From the NCBI GenBank assembly GCA_963828125.1, contig CAWHDP010000002.1:128001-192000 (forward strand): a stretch of DNA of 64,000 nt, given 5' to 3'. Made by a program: the position numbers and the translations under genes. This DNA is from an uncultured Chlamydiae bacterium (GTDB taxonomy: Bacteria; Chlamydiota; Chlamydiia; Chlamydiales; SM23-39). Below, one piece after another: positions 52,003-61,879 of this stretch. Within the stretch, counting starts at the first letter, position 1, and each line of letters opens with the position of its first letter. Under the pieces are notes generated by a model. That model had not been told where the DNA came from and did no database searches. It saw only the letters and a list, made by a program, of their open reading frames with translations.

Positions 52003-53193
52003 ATGACATTCGAACTATTACATGAAAAACTGCAAAAAGCAATTGGCGATTTAGGCCATACAACGCCCACTCCCATCCAGGAGCAGGCGATCCCAAAGGC
52101 GCTCGAAGGGCGCGACCTTCAGGGATGCGCCCAAACTGGAACGGGCAAGACAGCGGCCTACATTCTCCCCGCTTTGAATAAACTCACAACGGCGATGGCT
52201 GGAAAAGGGCCCCGCGTCCTCATTCTCGCGCCGACGCGCGAACTAGCGATGCAGGTGGCCAATGAAGCCGCTAAGTACAGCAAGCACCTCCCGCATATCA
52301 AGACGGTTTGCATCTATGGAGGCATGCCCTATCCTCTGCAGAATAAACAGCTCTCAAAACCCTACGATATTCTCGTTGCAACTCCAGGCCGTCTCATCGA
52401 CCACATCGAGCGGGGCCGGATCCAATTGTCCCGCGTTCAAATGCTCATTCTCGATGAGGCTGACCGGATGCTCGATATGGGATTTGCGGAGCCGGTGGAA
52501 TACATTGCCTCTATGACTCCGAAAAATCGGCAGACGCTCATGTTCTCGGCCACTTTAAAGGGAAATGTACTCAAATTATCCAAGAGACTTTTGAACAATC
52601 CTCTCGAAATCCACATCGAGCCAGCTGAAACGACCCAAGAAAATATTGAGCAGCAGGTTCACACTGTCGACAATATCGAGCATAAATACCGGCTTTTAGA
52701 CCATTTGCTCTCCGATGAGGCGCTCACGCAGGTGATCGTTTTTACCGCGACCAAGCACCAAGCCGATGAGCTCGCTGATAAACTCTCTGTGGGCGGCCAT
52801 CCGGCAAGCGCTCTTCATGGGGACATGAATCAAAGGCAAAGAACCCGGACGATTGCCGCCTTGAGGAAAGGGGCGATTCGGATCCTCGTCGCGACCGATG
52901 TCGCGGCAAGGGGGATCGATATCCCGGCGATCAGCCACGTGATCAATTTCGACCTTCCGATGAGCGCAGAGGACTATGTCCACCGGATCGGCCGGACGGG
53001 CCGGGCAGGTTCTACCGGAGTGGCCCTCTCTTTTGCCGCTCACCGGGATCTCAGGGTCGTCCAGCAAATTGAAAGATTTACTGGTAAGAAGATGACCCCG
53101 ACGGTCATTCCCGGTATGGAACCCAAATTTAAGCCTGCCTCTATGAAGCCGCGGAAAAAAAGTTGGGGGCCTCCGAGACGGAGATTCCGGTAA
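52003..53193 (+). CDS. DEAD-box RNA helicase
   Basis: AQTGTGKT, PTRELA, DEAD, SAT and HRIGRTGR motifs. Confidence 0.97.
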   Translation: MTFELLHEKLQKAIGDLGHTTPTPIQEQAIPKALEGRDLQGCAQTGTGKTAAYILPALNKLTTAMAGKGPRVLILAPTRELAMQVANEAAKYSKHLPHIKTVCIYGGMPYPLQNKQLSKPYDILVATPGRLIDHIERGRIQLSRVQMLILDEADRMLDMGFAEPVEYIASMTPKNRQTLMFSATLKGNVLKLSKRLLNNPLEIHIEPAETTQENIEQQVHTVDNIEHKYRLLDHLLSDEALTQVIVFTATKHQADELADKLSVGGHPASALHGDMNQRQRTRTIAALRKGAIRILVATDVAARGIDIPAISHVINFDLPMSAEDYVHRIGRTGRAGSTGVALSFAAHRDLRVVQQIERFTGKKMTPTVIPGMEPKFKPASMKPRKKSWGPPRRRFR

Positions 53194-53263
53194 TTTTGGG
53201 GTTGCTAGGCCCCCCTTTTTTTGATATGATCATCGTACTGAAAAAATAAAAATTGGGTTTTAC

Positions 53264-54535
53264 ATGGCTAAAAAACGGATTGTTGTCACAGGGATGGGGA
53301 TCGTTTCCTGCTTTGGGACGGACGTCGACCATTTCTACGGGGAGCTCCTCGCAGGGAAAAGCGGCATTGTTCCGATCGAGGGGTTCCCTTGCGCCGAGTA
53401 TCCGACCCGTTTTGCCGGCGCCGTCCGCGATTTCGATGTAGGCGATTACATGGACAAGAAGCAGGCGCGGAGAGTCGATCCGTTCATCCGCTATTCGGTT
53501 GTGAGCGGCAAAAAGGCTCTCGAGCGGGCAGGGCTGAATGGGGAGGCTTTGGCCAGGCTCGACAAAAAACGGTGCGGCATTGTCATTGGCTCTGGTATGG
53601 GCGGTATGTCTATTTTTTATGACGGTGTGGAGACTATTTTGACCAAAGGCTATAAGCGGCTTACCCCTTTTTTCGTCCCTTATATCATCACAAATATGGG
53701 GGGGGCTCTATTAGCGATCGATATCGGATTTATGGGGCCCAATTTTTCGATTTCAACCGCTTGTGCGACCTCCAATTTTTGTATCCACGCGGCAGCCGAA
53801 CAGATCCAGCAGGGGCGTGCCGATCTCATGCTTTGCGGCGGAGCGGAGGCCCCCATCACCCCGATCGGTCTTGCCGGATTCGTTGCGATCGGCGCTCTAT
53901 CGACGCGAAACGATGATCCAGCCAAAGCGTCCCGTCCCTGGGATCAGCAAAGAGATGGCTTCGTCATGGGCGAGGGGGCAGGCGTCCTTGTCCTCGAGAC
54001 GCTCGAACATGCCCTCGCTCGGGGAGCTCCTATTTTCGCCGAGTATTTGGGAGGTTCGGTCAATTGCGACGCTTATCACATGACCAACCCGCGCGAAGAT
54101 GGCGGGGGAGTGGGCTTGTGCATTGAGGACGCTATTAAAGACGCAGGAATTGCCAAAGAAGAGATCAACTATATCAACGCTCATGCCACCTCGACTCTCG
54201 CTGGCGATTTGTGTGAAATCGAGGCGATCCGAAAGGTGTTTGGAGCGCATGCGGGAAAGATTAAAATCAATGGGACAAAATCGATGATTGGCCACTGTCT
54301 GGGTGCAGCAGGAGGTCTTGAAGCAGTCGCTACGATCCAAGCGATTTTAACGGGTAGGCTCCATCCGACGGTCAATCTTGACCATCCAGAGCCTGCCCTT
54401 GAGGGGTTGGACATTGTTGCTGGTAGAGCCCAGCCGCATACAGTGACAGCCGCCCTTTCCAATTCGTTTGGGTTTGGCGGCCATAATTCGACGCTTGTAT
54501 TTGCGCCATATCGAGGTAATAGTGCAAAAAGATGA
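53264..54535 (+). CDS. fabF: Beta-ketoacyl-ACP synthase II
   Basis: STACAT, NAHATST, KSMIGH and SNSFGFGGHN motifs. Confidence 0.97.
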   Translation: MAKKRIVVTGMGIVSCFGTDVDHFYGELLAGKSGIVPIEGFPCAEYPTRFAGAVRDFDVGDYMDKKQARRVDPFIRYSVVSGKKALERAGLNGEALARLDKKRCGIVIGSGMGGMSIFYDGVETILTKGYKRLTPFFVPYIITNMGGALLAIDIGFMGPNFSISTACATSNFCIHAAAEQIQQGRADLMLCGGAEAPITPIGLAGFVAIGALSTRNDDPAKASRPWDQQRDGFVMGEGAGVLVLETLEHALARGAPIFAEYLGGSVNCDAYHMTNPREDGGGVGLCIEDAIKDAGIAKEEINYINAHATSTLAGDLCEIEAIRKVFGAHAGKIKINGTKSMIGHCLGAAGGLEAVATIQAILTGRLHPTVNLDHPEPALEGLDIVAGRAQPHTVTAALSNSFGFGGHNSTLVFAPYRGNSAKR

Positions 54536-54941
54536 ATCGTTCGGCATTATACCGGTTTCAAGGAAGAAAGGCCATTGGGAAGTGTTTCTCATTCAACATA
54601 ATCGGAGCGGCTATTGGGGATTTCCCAAAGGGCATGCTGAAGGGGAAGAGAGCCGCGAGGCGGCCGCTTTTAGGGAACTCAAAGAGGAGACCAACCTCGA
54701 TGTGATTCAGTTGCTTCAAAAGGAACCTTTGATGGAGCAATATACTTTTATCCTCGAAAGGCGGAGAGTGTTCAAGCAGGTCTTTTATTTTATTGCCGAG
54801 GTGGGCGGGGCGGTCGAGCTGCAAAAGCAAGAGATCCACGATGGAAAATGGATGCCGTTTTCTGAGGCGATTGCCCAGGTGACCCATCAAGAGGGGAAAG
54901 CCCTTTTAGCTCAAGTAGAAAAACTCCTTCCGCCTGTTTAA
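54522..54941 (+). CDS. NUDIX hydrolase (Ap4A hydrolase-like)
   Basis: WGFPKGH..GE....AA.RELKEET Nudix box; GTG start after GAGG. Confidence 0.9.
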   Translation: MQKDESFGIIPVSRKKGHWEVFLIQHNRSGYWGFPKGHAEGEESREAAAFRELKEETNLDVIQLLQKEPLMEQYTFILERRRVFKQVFYFIAEVGGAVELQKQEIHDGKWMPFSEAIAQVTHQEGKALLAQVEKLLPPV

Positions 54942-54943
54942 GA

Positions 54944-55678
54944 ATGTTTTTTTTTAGACGTAAAACAGTCAAAGGGTCCCCGCAGCGGCCAGTCGAAGTC
55001 TTCGTGAGGCATTGCCATTATTCGGCGGCCTCGCAGCACAAACAGCGGCCCGCCGGCTTTTCAAAAGAGGCATGCTACAGAAATCTTTTAGCGACCCTCG
55101 ATGAGCGGATCCGGCTCACTCACTTTCTCGATACGGCCCGAGACGGAGATCATTTCTTAAAGGGGCAGGCGATTGAAATCAATGAGGGGACCGAGGCTGG
55201 CTCCTTTCTCCGGATGCTCGAATATGTAGCGAGCCTCGCTCTCCATCCCGACCAGATCGTCTATTTTCTCGAAGACGATTATCTCCACCGTCCCGGGTGG
55301 ATCGATGTGCTCCTCGAGGGGTTTTCCACCGCGGCAGATTACGTGACGCTCTATGACCACCTTGATAAATACACCCTTTATCCTAAATTGAGCTCAAAAA
55401 TCTTCGCCACCGCCTCCTGCCATTGGCGCACGACCCCATCGACCACTAATACCTATGCGATGCGCTTTTCAACCCTCAAAGAAGATTTTTCGATCCATCG
55501 CCGTTTTTCTCTTGGAAGAAAAATCACCGCCGATCATGATAAATTCTGTTTTTTAAAAAAAAGGGGGGCTATGTTGATTTCGTCGATCCCTGGATGGGCG
55601 ACCCACGCTGACGTTGAATACGCCTCCCCATGCATTAACTGGGCGCCATTTTATAAGGAGAATTTATGCAAGCGCTGA
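54944..55678 (+). CDS. Hypothetical glycosyltransferase-like protein
   Basis: VYFLEDDYLH acidic motif, YDHLDKY and STTNT. Confidence 0.55.
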   Translation: MFFFRRKTVKGSPQRPVEVFVRHCHYSAASQHKQRPAGFSKEACYRNLLATLDERIRLTHFLDTARDGDHFLKGQAIEINEGTEAGSFLRMLEYVASLALHPDQIVYFLEDDYLHRPGWIDVLLEGFSTAADYVTLYDHLDKYTLYPKLSSKIFATASCHWRTTPSTTNTYAMRFSTLKEDFSIHRRFSLGRKITADHDKFCFLKKRGAMLISSIPGWATHADVEYASPCINWAPFYKENLCKR

Positions 55679-56193
55679 CTTACCCAAGAGTGACCGGACG
55701 GGACTTTATCCTCGTACTGCTCGCCAGTTTTGTTATTTGCCTATTTGGATCGATTTCGATCCCCCTTTGGTTCACACCCATTCCGATCGGGACGCAAAAC
55801 TCGGTATGCCTGCTCATGGGGGCCCTATTGGGCGCTCGGAGAGGGGCTGCCGCTGTCTTCGCATTCCTCATGCAAGGGGCGATGGGGCTCCCTGTGTTTG
55901 CTGGCGGCGCTGCCGGTTGTCTCCACTTAATGGGGCCGAGAGGCGGCTATTTGATCGGATATCTGATTGCGGCCTTTGTCGTAGGAACGATTGTGGAAAG
56001 AAGACGGACCCTGGCCAGTGCGGCCCTGGCATTAGCAGCCGGGAATGGGATTATTTATTTGGCTGGAGCCGGTTATCTTGCGCTGTTTGTCGGGGGCGCC
56101 AAAGCGTTGACTCTCGGCATTGTCCCTTTTCTGGCCGGCGATCTTTTGAAGATGGTTGTGACTCTCAAAATATTGAAAGGGAGCTGGTCGTAG
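55666..56193 (+). CDS. bioY: Biotin transporter BioY
   Basis: PIPIGTQ, GLPVFAGG, GPRGGYLIG and PFLAGDLLK motifs. Confidence 0.93.
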   Translation: MQALTYPRVTGRDFILVLLASFVICLFGSISIPLWFTPIPIGTQNSVCLLMGALLGARRGAAAVFAFLMQGAMGLPVFAGGAAGCLHLMGPRGGYLIGYLIAAFVVGTIVERRRTLASAALALAAGNGIIYLAGAGYLALFVGGAKALTLGIVPFLAGDLLKMVVTLKILKGSWS

Positions 56194-56215
56194 ATTCCTA
56201 ATGAGCCTATCCGGC

Positions 56216-56257
56216 TATACTATAGCCACCCCAAAAGTGTGAATTTGGGGTGGCCGC
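56216..56257. repeat. Family A degenerate copy 5
   Basis: TATACTATAGCCACCCCAAAAGTGTGAATTTGGGGTGGCCGC. Confidence 0.88.
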
Positions 56258-56262
56258 CATGT

Positions 56263-57303
56263 CTATTCATTGAGATTGGTGTCCACCATGAAATGGCTGT
56301 TGTCGGCTAAGGGGAGATAAGGTCTTTGACCTGCTTTGCAGCCCCCAAAAGAATAGTTCAGGCCAAAGCAGACATTGGATGCATAGTTGCTCGACTCTTG
56401 GAAGGCTGAACCGCTATGAGATCCCATATAGGAACCATGTCCGATCACGCTCAAGGCTCGGGTCAGCGGAGCTCTAAAACTGGCGCCAAAAAGATAATTG
56501 CCGGCTCTCCCAGAAGAAAACATCAGCCCTCTCCGGTAGGGAGTTCCCGCCCAGAGCATGGTTTCAGCCGTATTTTTGAAAGAGTGGAGCCAATAGATAC
56601 TGACTTGGCAAATCGATCGGAATCTGACGGGAATTTCAGAGGTCACTTCATGAGCTGTCTGGGTGTCCACCGCCCCCCAGACCCCGATTTCGTTGCCTCC
56701 TTGAATCAAATAGCCGAATTGTCCCCGTATTTGCCCTAAAATCGGACTCAAAGCAAAGACGCCGAATTCTTTATTCAACATCAAGTCGTAAACGATCCCT
56801 CCGTTAAACCCCGATGAATGGGGGGTTACCCTGAATAGACCCGCCGTGATAAACCCTTGTTGCTGCAAGGTTTTTGAATTCTCGGTTGTTGTCGAGCCTC
56901 TCCCATTCCAATCATAGAGGCCGTAGCTGCCGCCGAGTTGTGCGCCAAAACCATATTTTTCTTTCGGAATGCCAATTGCGAGATTGAGACTTGCAAAAGC
57001 GCCGCTATTTCCAGCCCAGCTTCCGTCCGGCAAACTTCTAAAACCATCCAATGCGAGGGCAATATCTCCGCCGATCATCAAGGAAGGGCAGTGGCCAGGG
57101 TAAGGTTTTAAATAGCGTCTTGACGGAGGGGGATTGTTGGCTTGCCTAGGAGGCATTGCTTCTTTTTGTTCGCCCTGAGCGGTTCGAAAAAAATTGCCAG
57201 CTACACCCCAATCGGTCAACAACTGAGATTGAGACTCGTCTGCAGTAGCAGCGGCGATCGAAAGAAGAAATATGAAATAGAGGCCGATTTTACACATACC
57301 CAT
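56263..57303 (-). CDS. Exported hypothetical protein, probable outer membrane beta-barrel
   Basis: Signal peptide and many Gly/aromatic amphipathic strands. Confidence 0.6.
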   Translation of the reverse strand: MGMCKIGLYFIFLLSIAAATADESQSQLLTDWGVAGNFFRTAQGEQKEAMPPRQANNPPPSRRYLKPYPGHCPSLMIGGDIALALDGFRSLPDGSWAGNSGAFASLNLAIGIPKEKYGFGAQLGGSYGLYDWNGRGSTTTENSKTLQQQGFITAGLFRVTPHSSGFNGGIVYDLMLNKEFGVFALSPILGQIRGQFGYLIQGGNEIGVWGAVDTQTAHEVTSEIPVRFRSICQVSIYWLHSFKNTAETMLWAGTPYRRGLMFSSGRAGNYLFGASFRAPLTRALSVIGHGSYMGSHSGSAFQESSNYASNVCFGLNYSFGGCKAGQRPYLPLADNSHFMVDTNLNE

Positions 57304-57416
57304 GCTCCTAGCCTGAGTTTATCTCGACATCAGAGCATACATAGATCGCTCGATGTGGGCAAATAAATTTTTATTGATGAAAAAATTTTTTTGGTCTACG
57401 ATGTTCTCTATTCTTT

Positions 57417-58487
57417 TTGAGGGGAATAGTCCGTTTGTACATAGTCGCCTGTTTTGTTTGCCTGATTTCGAGTTTTGTCTATTCCGATTCCGAATTGGAA
57501 AAAAAATATCTGTCTAATGTCCGGCAATTGACTTTTTCAAGCATGGGCTTCGAAAGGGCGGGAGAGGCGTATTTTTCTCCGGATGGAAATACAATCGTCT
57601 TTCAGGCGATCCCTGTAGGGGAAAAACAGTTTCAAATTTTCACAATGGATTTGAACAGCGGTATCCCCATCAGGGTGAGTACGGGCAAAGGCGCCTGCAC
57701 GTGTTCCTATTTTAGACCGGATGGGAAAAAAATCCTTTTCGCCTCTAGCCACGAAAGCCCCGAAAACGGTGCTTGGAAAGAGCAGCAATCCTCTGAGAAT
57801 GGCAGGTATAAGTGGGATTTGACGCCTTACATGAATATCTATGAAGCAGATCCCGATGGGAGCCATCTTGTGGCTTTGACGTCCGGACCCGCTTATCACG
57901 CTGAATGCTCTTATTCAAGCGATGGATCGGAAATTGTCTATGCGAGCAATCAAGACGGGAGCATGAATTTGTATGTCATGAACGGAGACGGTTCCAATGT
58001 AAGACAAATCACACACACCCAATCCTCCTACAATGGAGGACCCTTTTTCTCTCCTAACGGAGAAACAATTGTCTTTCGAGCGGATAGGGAACGGACCCAT
58101 TACCTACAGATTTATCTCATCAACCGGGATGGCACTGATGAAAGGCAATTGACGTCCAATCAGGCGGTCAATTGGGCTCCCTATTGGCATCCGAATGGAA
58201 AAATGGTCGCTTATACCCGGTCAATCAACGGACACAATCAGTATGAGATTTATCTTCTCAATGTTGAGACCGGAGCGGAGTATCGTATAACCTACCAGGC
58301 AAGCTTTAATGGATTGCCGACTTTTAGTTCGGATGGCCGGAAGCTTCTCTGGACTTCAACACGAGATGCCCAATCCAGTCAAATATTTATCGGAGATTTT
58401 ATTCTGCCCGAAGAGGAGAGGCGACCGGGCGTTGCCGCAGAGAGGCAAAGCCCCGATGCATTTATGAAAGCGGCCCACGGAGGATGA
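57417..58487 (+). CDS. TolB-like beta-propeller (PD40 repeats)
   Basis: Repeated FSPDG, FRPDG, YSSDG, FSPNG and WHPNG motifs; signal peptide. Confidence 0.88.
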   Translation: MRGIVRLYIVACFVCLISSFVYSDSELEKKYLSNVRQLTFSSMGFERAGEAYFSPDGNTIVFQAIPVGEKQFQIFTMDLNSGIPIRVSTGKGACTCSYFRPDGKKILFASSHESPENGAWKEQQSSENGRYKWDLTPYMNIYEADPDGSHLVALTSGPAYHAECSYSSDGSEIVYASNQDGSMNLYVMNGDGSNVRQITHTQSSYNGGPFFSPNGETIVFRADRERTHYLQIYLINRDGTDERQLTSNQAVNWAPYWHPNGKMVAYTRSINGHNQYEIYLLNVETGAEYRITYQASFNGLPTFSSDGRKLLWTSTRDAQSSQIFIGDFILPEEERRPGVAAERQSPDAFMKAAHGG

Positions 58488-59944
58488 TGCTCAATATGTT
58501 TAGTTTACTCATTTTTATGTTGTTAACCATTTCATTTCCAAGACTTTGGGGTCAAAATCAAACATCGGATTTGAGTCCTATTTTTCCCCCCGACTCATTG
58601 CCTTTCACTATTTCTATTACCCTCGCCGATTTTCAGCTCCCCTCGGATAACCTCAACGCATTTGGAATCCAATCCTTCGCATGGGCCGTTTATCAGGGGA
58701 AAGCCCTTTTAATAGCTGGAAGAACGAACGGCCTTCACGGGTTTGATATTGGAGATAATAACTTTCCTCCTCGTCAACAGAACACAATCGTCTATGTCGT
58801 AGACCCCGACTCTCAAACCGTTGCGACCAAATCTCTCCTCGATCCCTCCTCCCAACTGAGCCAATCGCAAATCGACGCTTTATCTGTAACAGCGTCTCAA
58901 TACTTCCAAGTCAACAATACGTTGTACATTGTTGGCGGCTATGGGGTCGATACGCCTACGGGTCAGTTTAGCACTAAATCGACAATCACAGCGATCGACG
59001 TCCCAGGCTTGATGAGCTGGGTAGAGAGCGGCAATGGGTCAGCAGCGAAGTACGTGCGTCAGAATACTCACCCGCTCATTCAAGTAGCCGGCGGATTTTT
59101 GACGCAGGTCAGTCCCCATCAGCCGTTTTTGTTGGTCTTTGGCCAAAATTTTCCAGGATTTTATTCGGCTGGCTCAAACGGCATTTACACGCAGCAGGTG
59201 CGGATCTTTAAAATCCTCGATAACGGCGTCGATCTCTATATAAAACCGGAAAAGCAATTCGATCCAAATCCAAACTATCGACGAAGAGATATATCTGTAT
59301 TTCCAATTATGCAGAAAACAGCTACTAGTTACGTTCCTGCTGTTGTGGCTCTCAGCGGTGTGTTTACGCCAAACGCATTAGCAGGTATTTGGACAGTCCC
59401 CGTAATGATCAAAGGAGACGGCGCTTCATCCATGGCTGATCCCGCCGACCCCAATACATTTAAACAGGGGATGAATAACTATGATTGCGCCCGCGCAGGT
59501 CTTTATTCAAAAAGTACGAACGATATGTATCTTCTGTCATTTGGGGGGATCAGTTATCTCCAAGTGAGCGGCGGAATGATTGTGCCCGATGAGGAGCTCC
59601 CTTTTACTAATAGCGTGACCACCGTGAAAATCGATGCAAATGGAAATTTTTCTCAATATTTAATGGCCAACCAATACCCGACTATTCTTTCTCAATTTAC
59701 CCATCCTGGATTTCCCCTTTTATTTGGAGCTGAGGCGAGATTTATACCCGCTAATCATGCACCTCTTTTTCCAAACGGTGTTTTTTCCTTTGATGATCTA
59801 AGCTCCTCGCCGACTCTCTTGGGGTACATCGTAGGCGGCATTCAAAGCACTTTAGGTAACACGATGGATATTGCAGATTCTGCGGCCTCCCCCTATATCT
59901 TTAACGTATATATACAGAAACGGTATACCACCATTGGCCAATAA
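58484..59944 (+). CDS. Exported hypothetical protein (beta-rich, kelch-like motifs)
   Basis: Signal peptide; IAGRTNGLH, YIVGGYG and FGGIS motifs; tail encoded by the family B half element. Confidence 0.7.
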   Translation: MMLNMFSLLIFMLLTISFPRLWGQNQTSDLSPIFPPDSLPFTISITLADFQLPSDNLNAFGIQSFAWAVYQGKALLIAGRTNGLHGFDIGDNNFPPRQQNTIVYVVDPDSQTVATKSLLDPSSQLSQSQIDALSVTASQYFQVNNTLYIVGGYGVDTPTGQFSTKSTITAIDVPGLMSWVESGNGSAAKYVRQNTHPLIQVAGGFLTQVSPHQPFLLVFGQNFPGFYSAGSNGIYTQQVRIFKILDNGVDLYIKPEKQFDPNPNYRRRDISVFPIMQKTATSYVPAVVALSGVFTPNALAGIWTVPVMIKGDGASSMADPADPNTFKQGMNNYDCARAGLYSKSTNDMYLLSFGGISYLQVSGGMIVPDEELPFTNSVTTVKIDANGNFSQYLMANQYPTILSQFTHPGFPLLFGAEARFIPANHAPLFPNGVFSFDDLSSSPTLLGYIVGGIQSTLGNTMDIADSAASPYIFNVYIQKRYTTIGQ

Positions 59945-59960
59945 CTTGGATTTGAACCCA
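59924..59960. repeat. Family B half copy
   Basis: TATACCACCATTGGCCAATAACTTGGATTTGAACCCA is the reverse complement of 13126-13162 with three mismatches. Confidence 0.85.
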
Positions 59961-59964
59961 GGGG

Positions 59965-60114
59965 GTCTCTAATGAGGATGCTGATCCTTTGCTCGACTGG
60001 GCAAAAGAGTACAAATTCCCGAATAGAGATGATCGAGGCAAACCTCACTGGGATGCAAGGGGTGGTATGGATCATATCCATCTAGGCCCAAAACATATTC
60101 CGGTAAACAATTAA
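59965..60114 (+). pseudogene. Start-less fragment resembling a polymorphic toxin C-terminal tip
   Basis: VSNEDADPLLDWAKEYKFPNRDDRGKPHWDARGGMDHIHLGPKHIPVNN*, followed immediately by AGGAGG and the next ATG. Confidence 0.5.
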
Positions 60115-60128
60115 AAGGAGGGGAAATC

Positions 60129-60689
60129 ATGCATATGCTCATTTTGATAGAAAGAGATCCTCCTTCGTATGATTCCTGGCCGAGTTTAATACAAAAGAAA
60201 AAAATTCCAGACTTGTCTGTACAAGAGGCGGTTAGTAAGTATCAAGGATTTGAAGGCGAGTTGGTGTGTTTTTTTGAAGTCAATGGAAATACATCTGAGT
60301 TTAAAAAAAAAATTAATGAATGTTTAAGAGTGAAAGAATTGGGGAATTGTTTTTTGTTGCATGTCCTTTCTAGTCCATCAGAGATGCCAATTTTTCTGAA
60401 AGATCAGGCGATTAAACTAGGGTATGATGTTGGGGCGTGTGACGAAGAAGCAACCATTTATTCTTCCATTTTTCATGAAATAATTTTCGGCTATTTTGAT
60501 GAGCTAGTTGTTTATAAAGATCTGTTAAATGAGAACCTTCTCTTCCCAGATAGATCTTTAGCTGAAAAATATGTTGAAACGCATAATGAATTGTCGGCTC
60601 AAGGGAAAGGCGTAGAAGACTACATGGAAATGATTATTTACGAGATTTGGAAACATAAAGGTTATACTGCGGCCACCCCAAAAGTGTGA
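60129..60689 (+). CDS. Acidic hypothetical protein, candidate immunity protein
   Basis: AT-rich, strong SD, LGYDVG..YSSI..LNENLLF motif; tail encoded by the palindrome. Confidence 0.65.
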   Translation: MHMLILIERDPPSYDSWPSLIQKKKIPDLSVQEAVSKYQGFEGELVCFFEVNGNTSEFKKKINECLRVKELGNCFLLHVLSSPSEMPIFLKDQAIKLGYDVGACDEEATIYSSIFHEIIFGYFDELVVYKDLLNENLLFPDRSLAEKYVETHNELSAQGKGVEDYMEMIIYEIWKHKGYTAATPKV

Positions 60690-60710
60690 ATTTGGGGTGG
60701 CCGCAGTATA
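60663..60710. repeat. 48-bp palindromic element, family A copy 6
   Basis: Identical to the copy at 47292-47339. Confidence 0.97.
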
Positions 60711-60751
60711 TATTTTGCATTTTGTGCTGCGAAGCGCGTTTTGCAACCCCT

Positions 60752-61879
60752 CTATTTTTTTTTAATTTCCATTCCGTCTCTCATTCTATTATTTGCAGAG
60801 ACCACGATCTCATCGCCTTGACCGAGCCCATCGATAATTTCGATATAAGAGCCATAATCTCGGCCTATCTTGACTTCCCGGAAATGGATTTTATTATTCG
60901 CTCCCACCACAGCAATATAAGGGGGGCCTGCACGGATAATTACCGCCTCTATCGGAACAATAAAACTCTTTTTTTCTGGGCTAAATTTCAATTTTACTTC
61001 AGCGTAAAGACCCGGTAAAAGCTCCCCTTTTCTATTGTCTATATTAATTTGAGTGAGTAAAGTGCGGGCCACTGGATCCAGTGCGCCAGCATTTCGATCG
61101 ACCCTTCCGATAAATATTTTTTTTGGAAACTGGGGAATTCTGAGTTCAGCTTCCATTCCATCTTTAATCAAATGAAAATAATTTTGAGGCACATTAATAA
61201 AGGCACGCAATACATCTGATTTAGCAATTTGAAACATTTGCTGCGCGTAATTATTGCTTCCAGCAGTAATGAGCGATCCGATATCGATGGCCCTTTCGAT
61301 AATCGTTCCATCAAAAGGGGCGTACAAATTTTTAAATCCCTGTAAGTACCTAAATCGTCCAAGCCGCCCTTTTGCCGCTTCTATATCAGCAAGCGCCTGC
61401 TGGTGATCTGCCACCATTTGATCGATCTCCTCTTTGGAGATGGCTTCAGGATTATGCTGATACAGCCGCAAGCCCCGGTCAGCTGTGATTTTTGTGATGT
61501 TTTCTTTGGCCATTGCCGCGCCCAAATCGCCTTCAGCTTGAATCACTTCTTGATCTACGTCAGGGGTATCGATATGAGCTAGGAGATCGCCCTCTTTCAC
61601 TTTATCTCCAATATCGACAAGCCAATTGAGCAAATAACCGTTTGTCCGTGCCCAAATCGGGGTGATATTGATGGCATCTAAAAAACTCGGCAGCACGAGT
61701 TCGCTGTCTTTATGTTCAGCATAAACTTTCATAATTCGTACTAGAGGAGGCCTCTCTATTTCTTTAGAATGGGCGACCCGTTCTTCTACACGAGATCGGT
61801 AAAGAAAATAAAAGGGGGTAAAAAGACTTAAAAGGAGGAAAAATGCCGCTCCAAAAATCATCAATCTCTTGTCCTTCAC
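60752..61879 (-). CDS. RND efflux periplasmic adaptor subunit
   Basis: ARTNGY..VDIGDKVKEG, APFDG and LLPGLY motifs. Confidence 0.92.
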   Translation of the reverse strand: MKDKRLMIFGAAFFLLLSLFTPFYFLYRSRVEERVAHSKEIERPPLVRIMKVYAEHKDSELVLPSFLDAINITPIWARTNGYLLNWLVDIGDKVKEGDLLAHIDTPDVDQEVIQAEGDLGAAMAKENITKITADRGLRLYQHNPEAISKEEIDQMVADHQQALADIEAAKGRLGRFRYLQGFKNLYAPFDGTIIERAIDIGSLITAGSNNYAQQMFQIAKSDVLRAFINVPQNYFHLIKDGMEAELRIPQFPKKIFIGRVDRNAGALDPVARTLLTQINIDNRKGELLPGLYAEVKLKFSPEKKSFIVPIEAVIIRAGPPYIAVVGANNKIHFREVKIGRDYGSYIEIIDGLGQGDEIVVSANNRMRDGMEIKKK

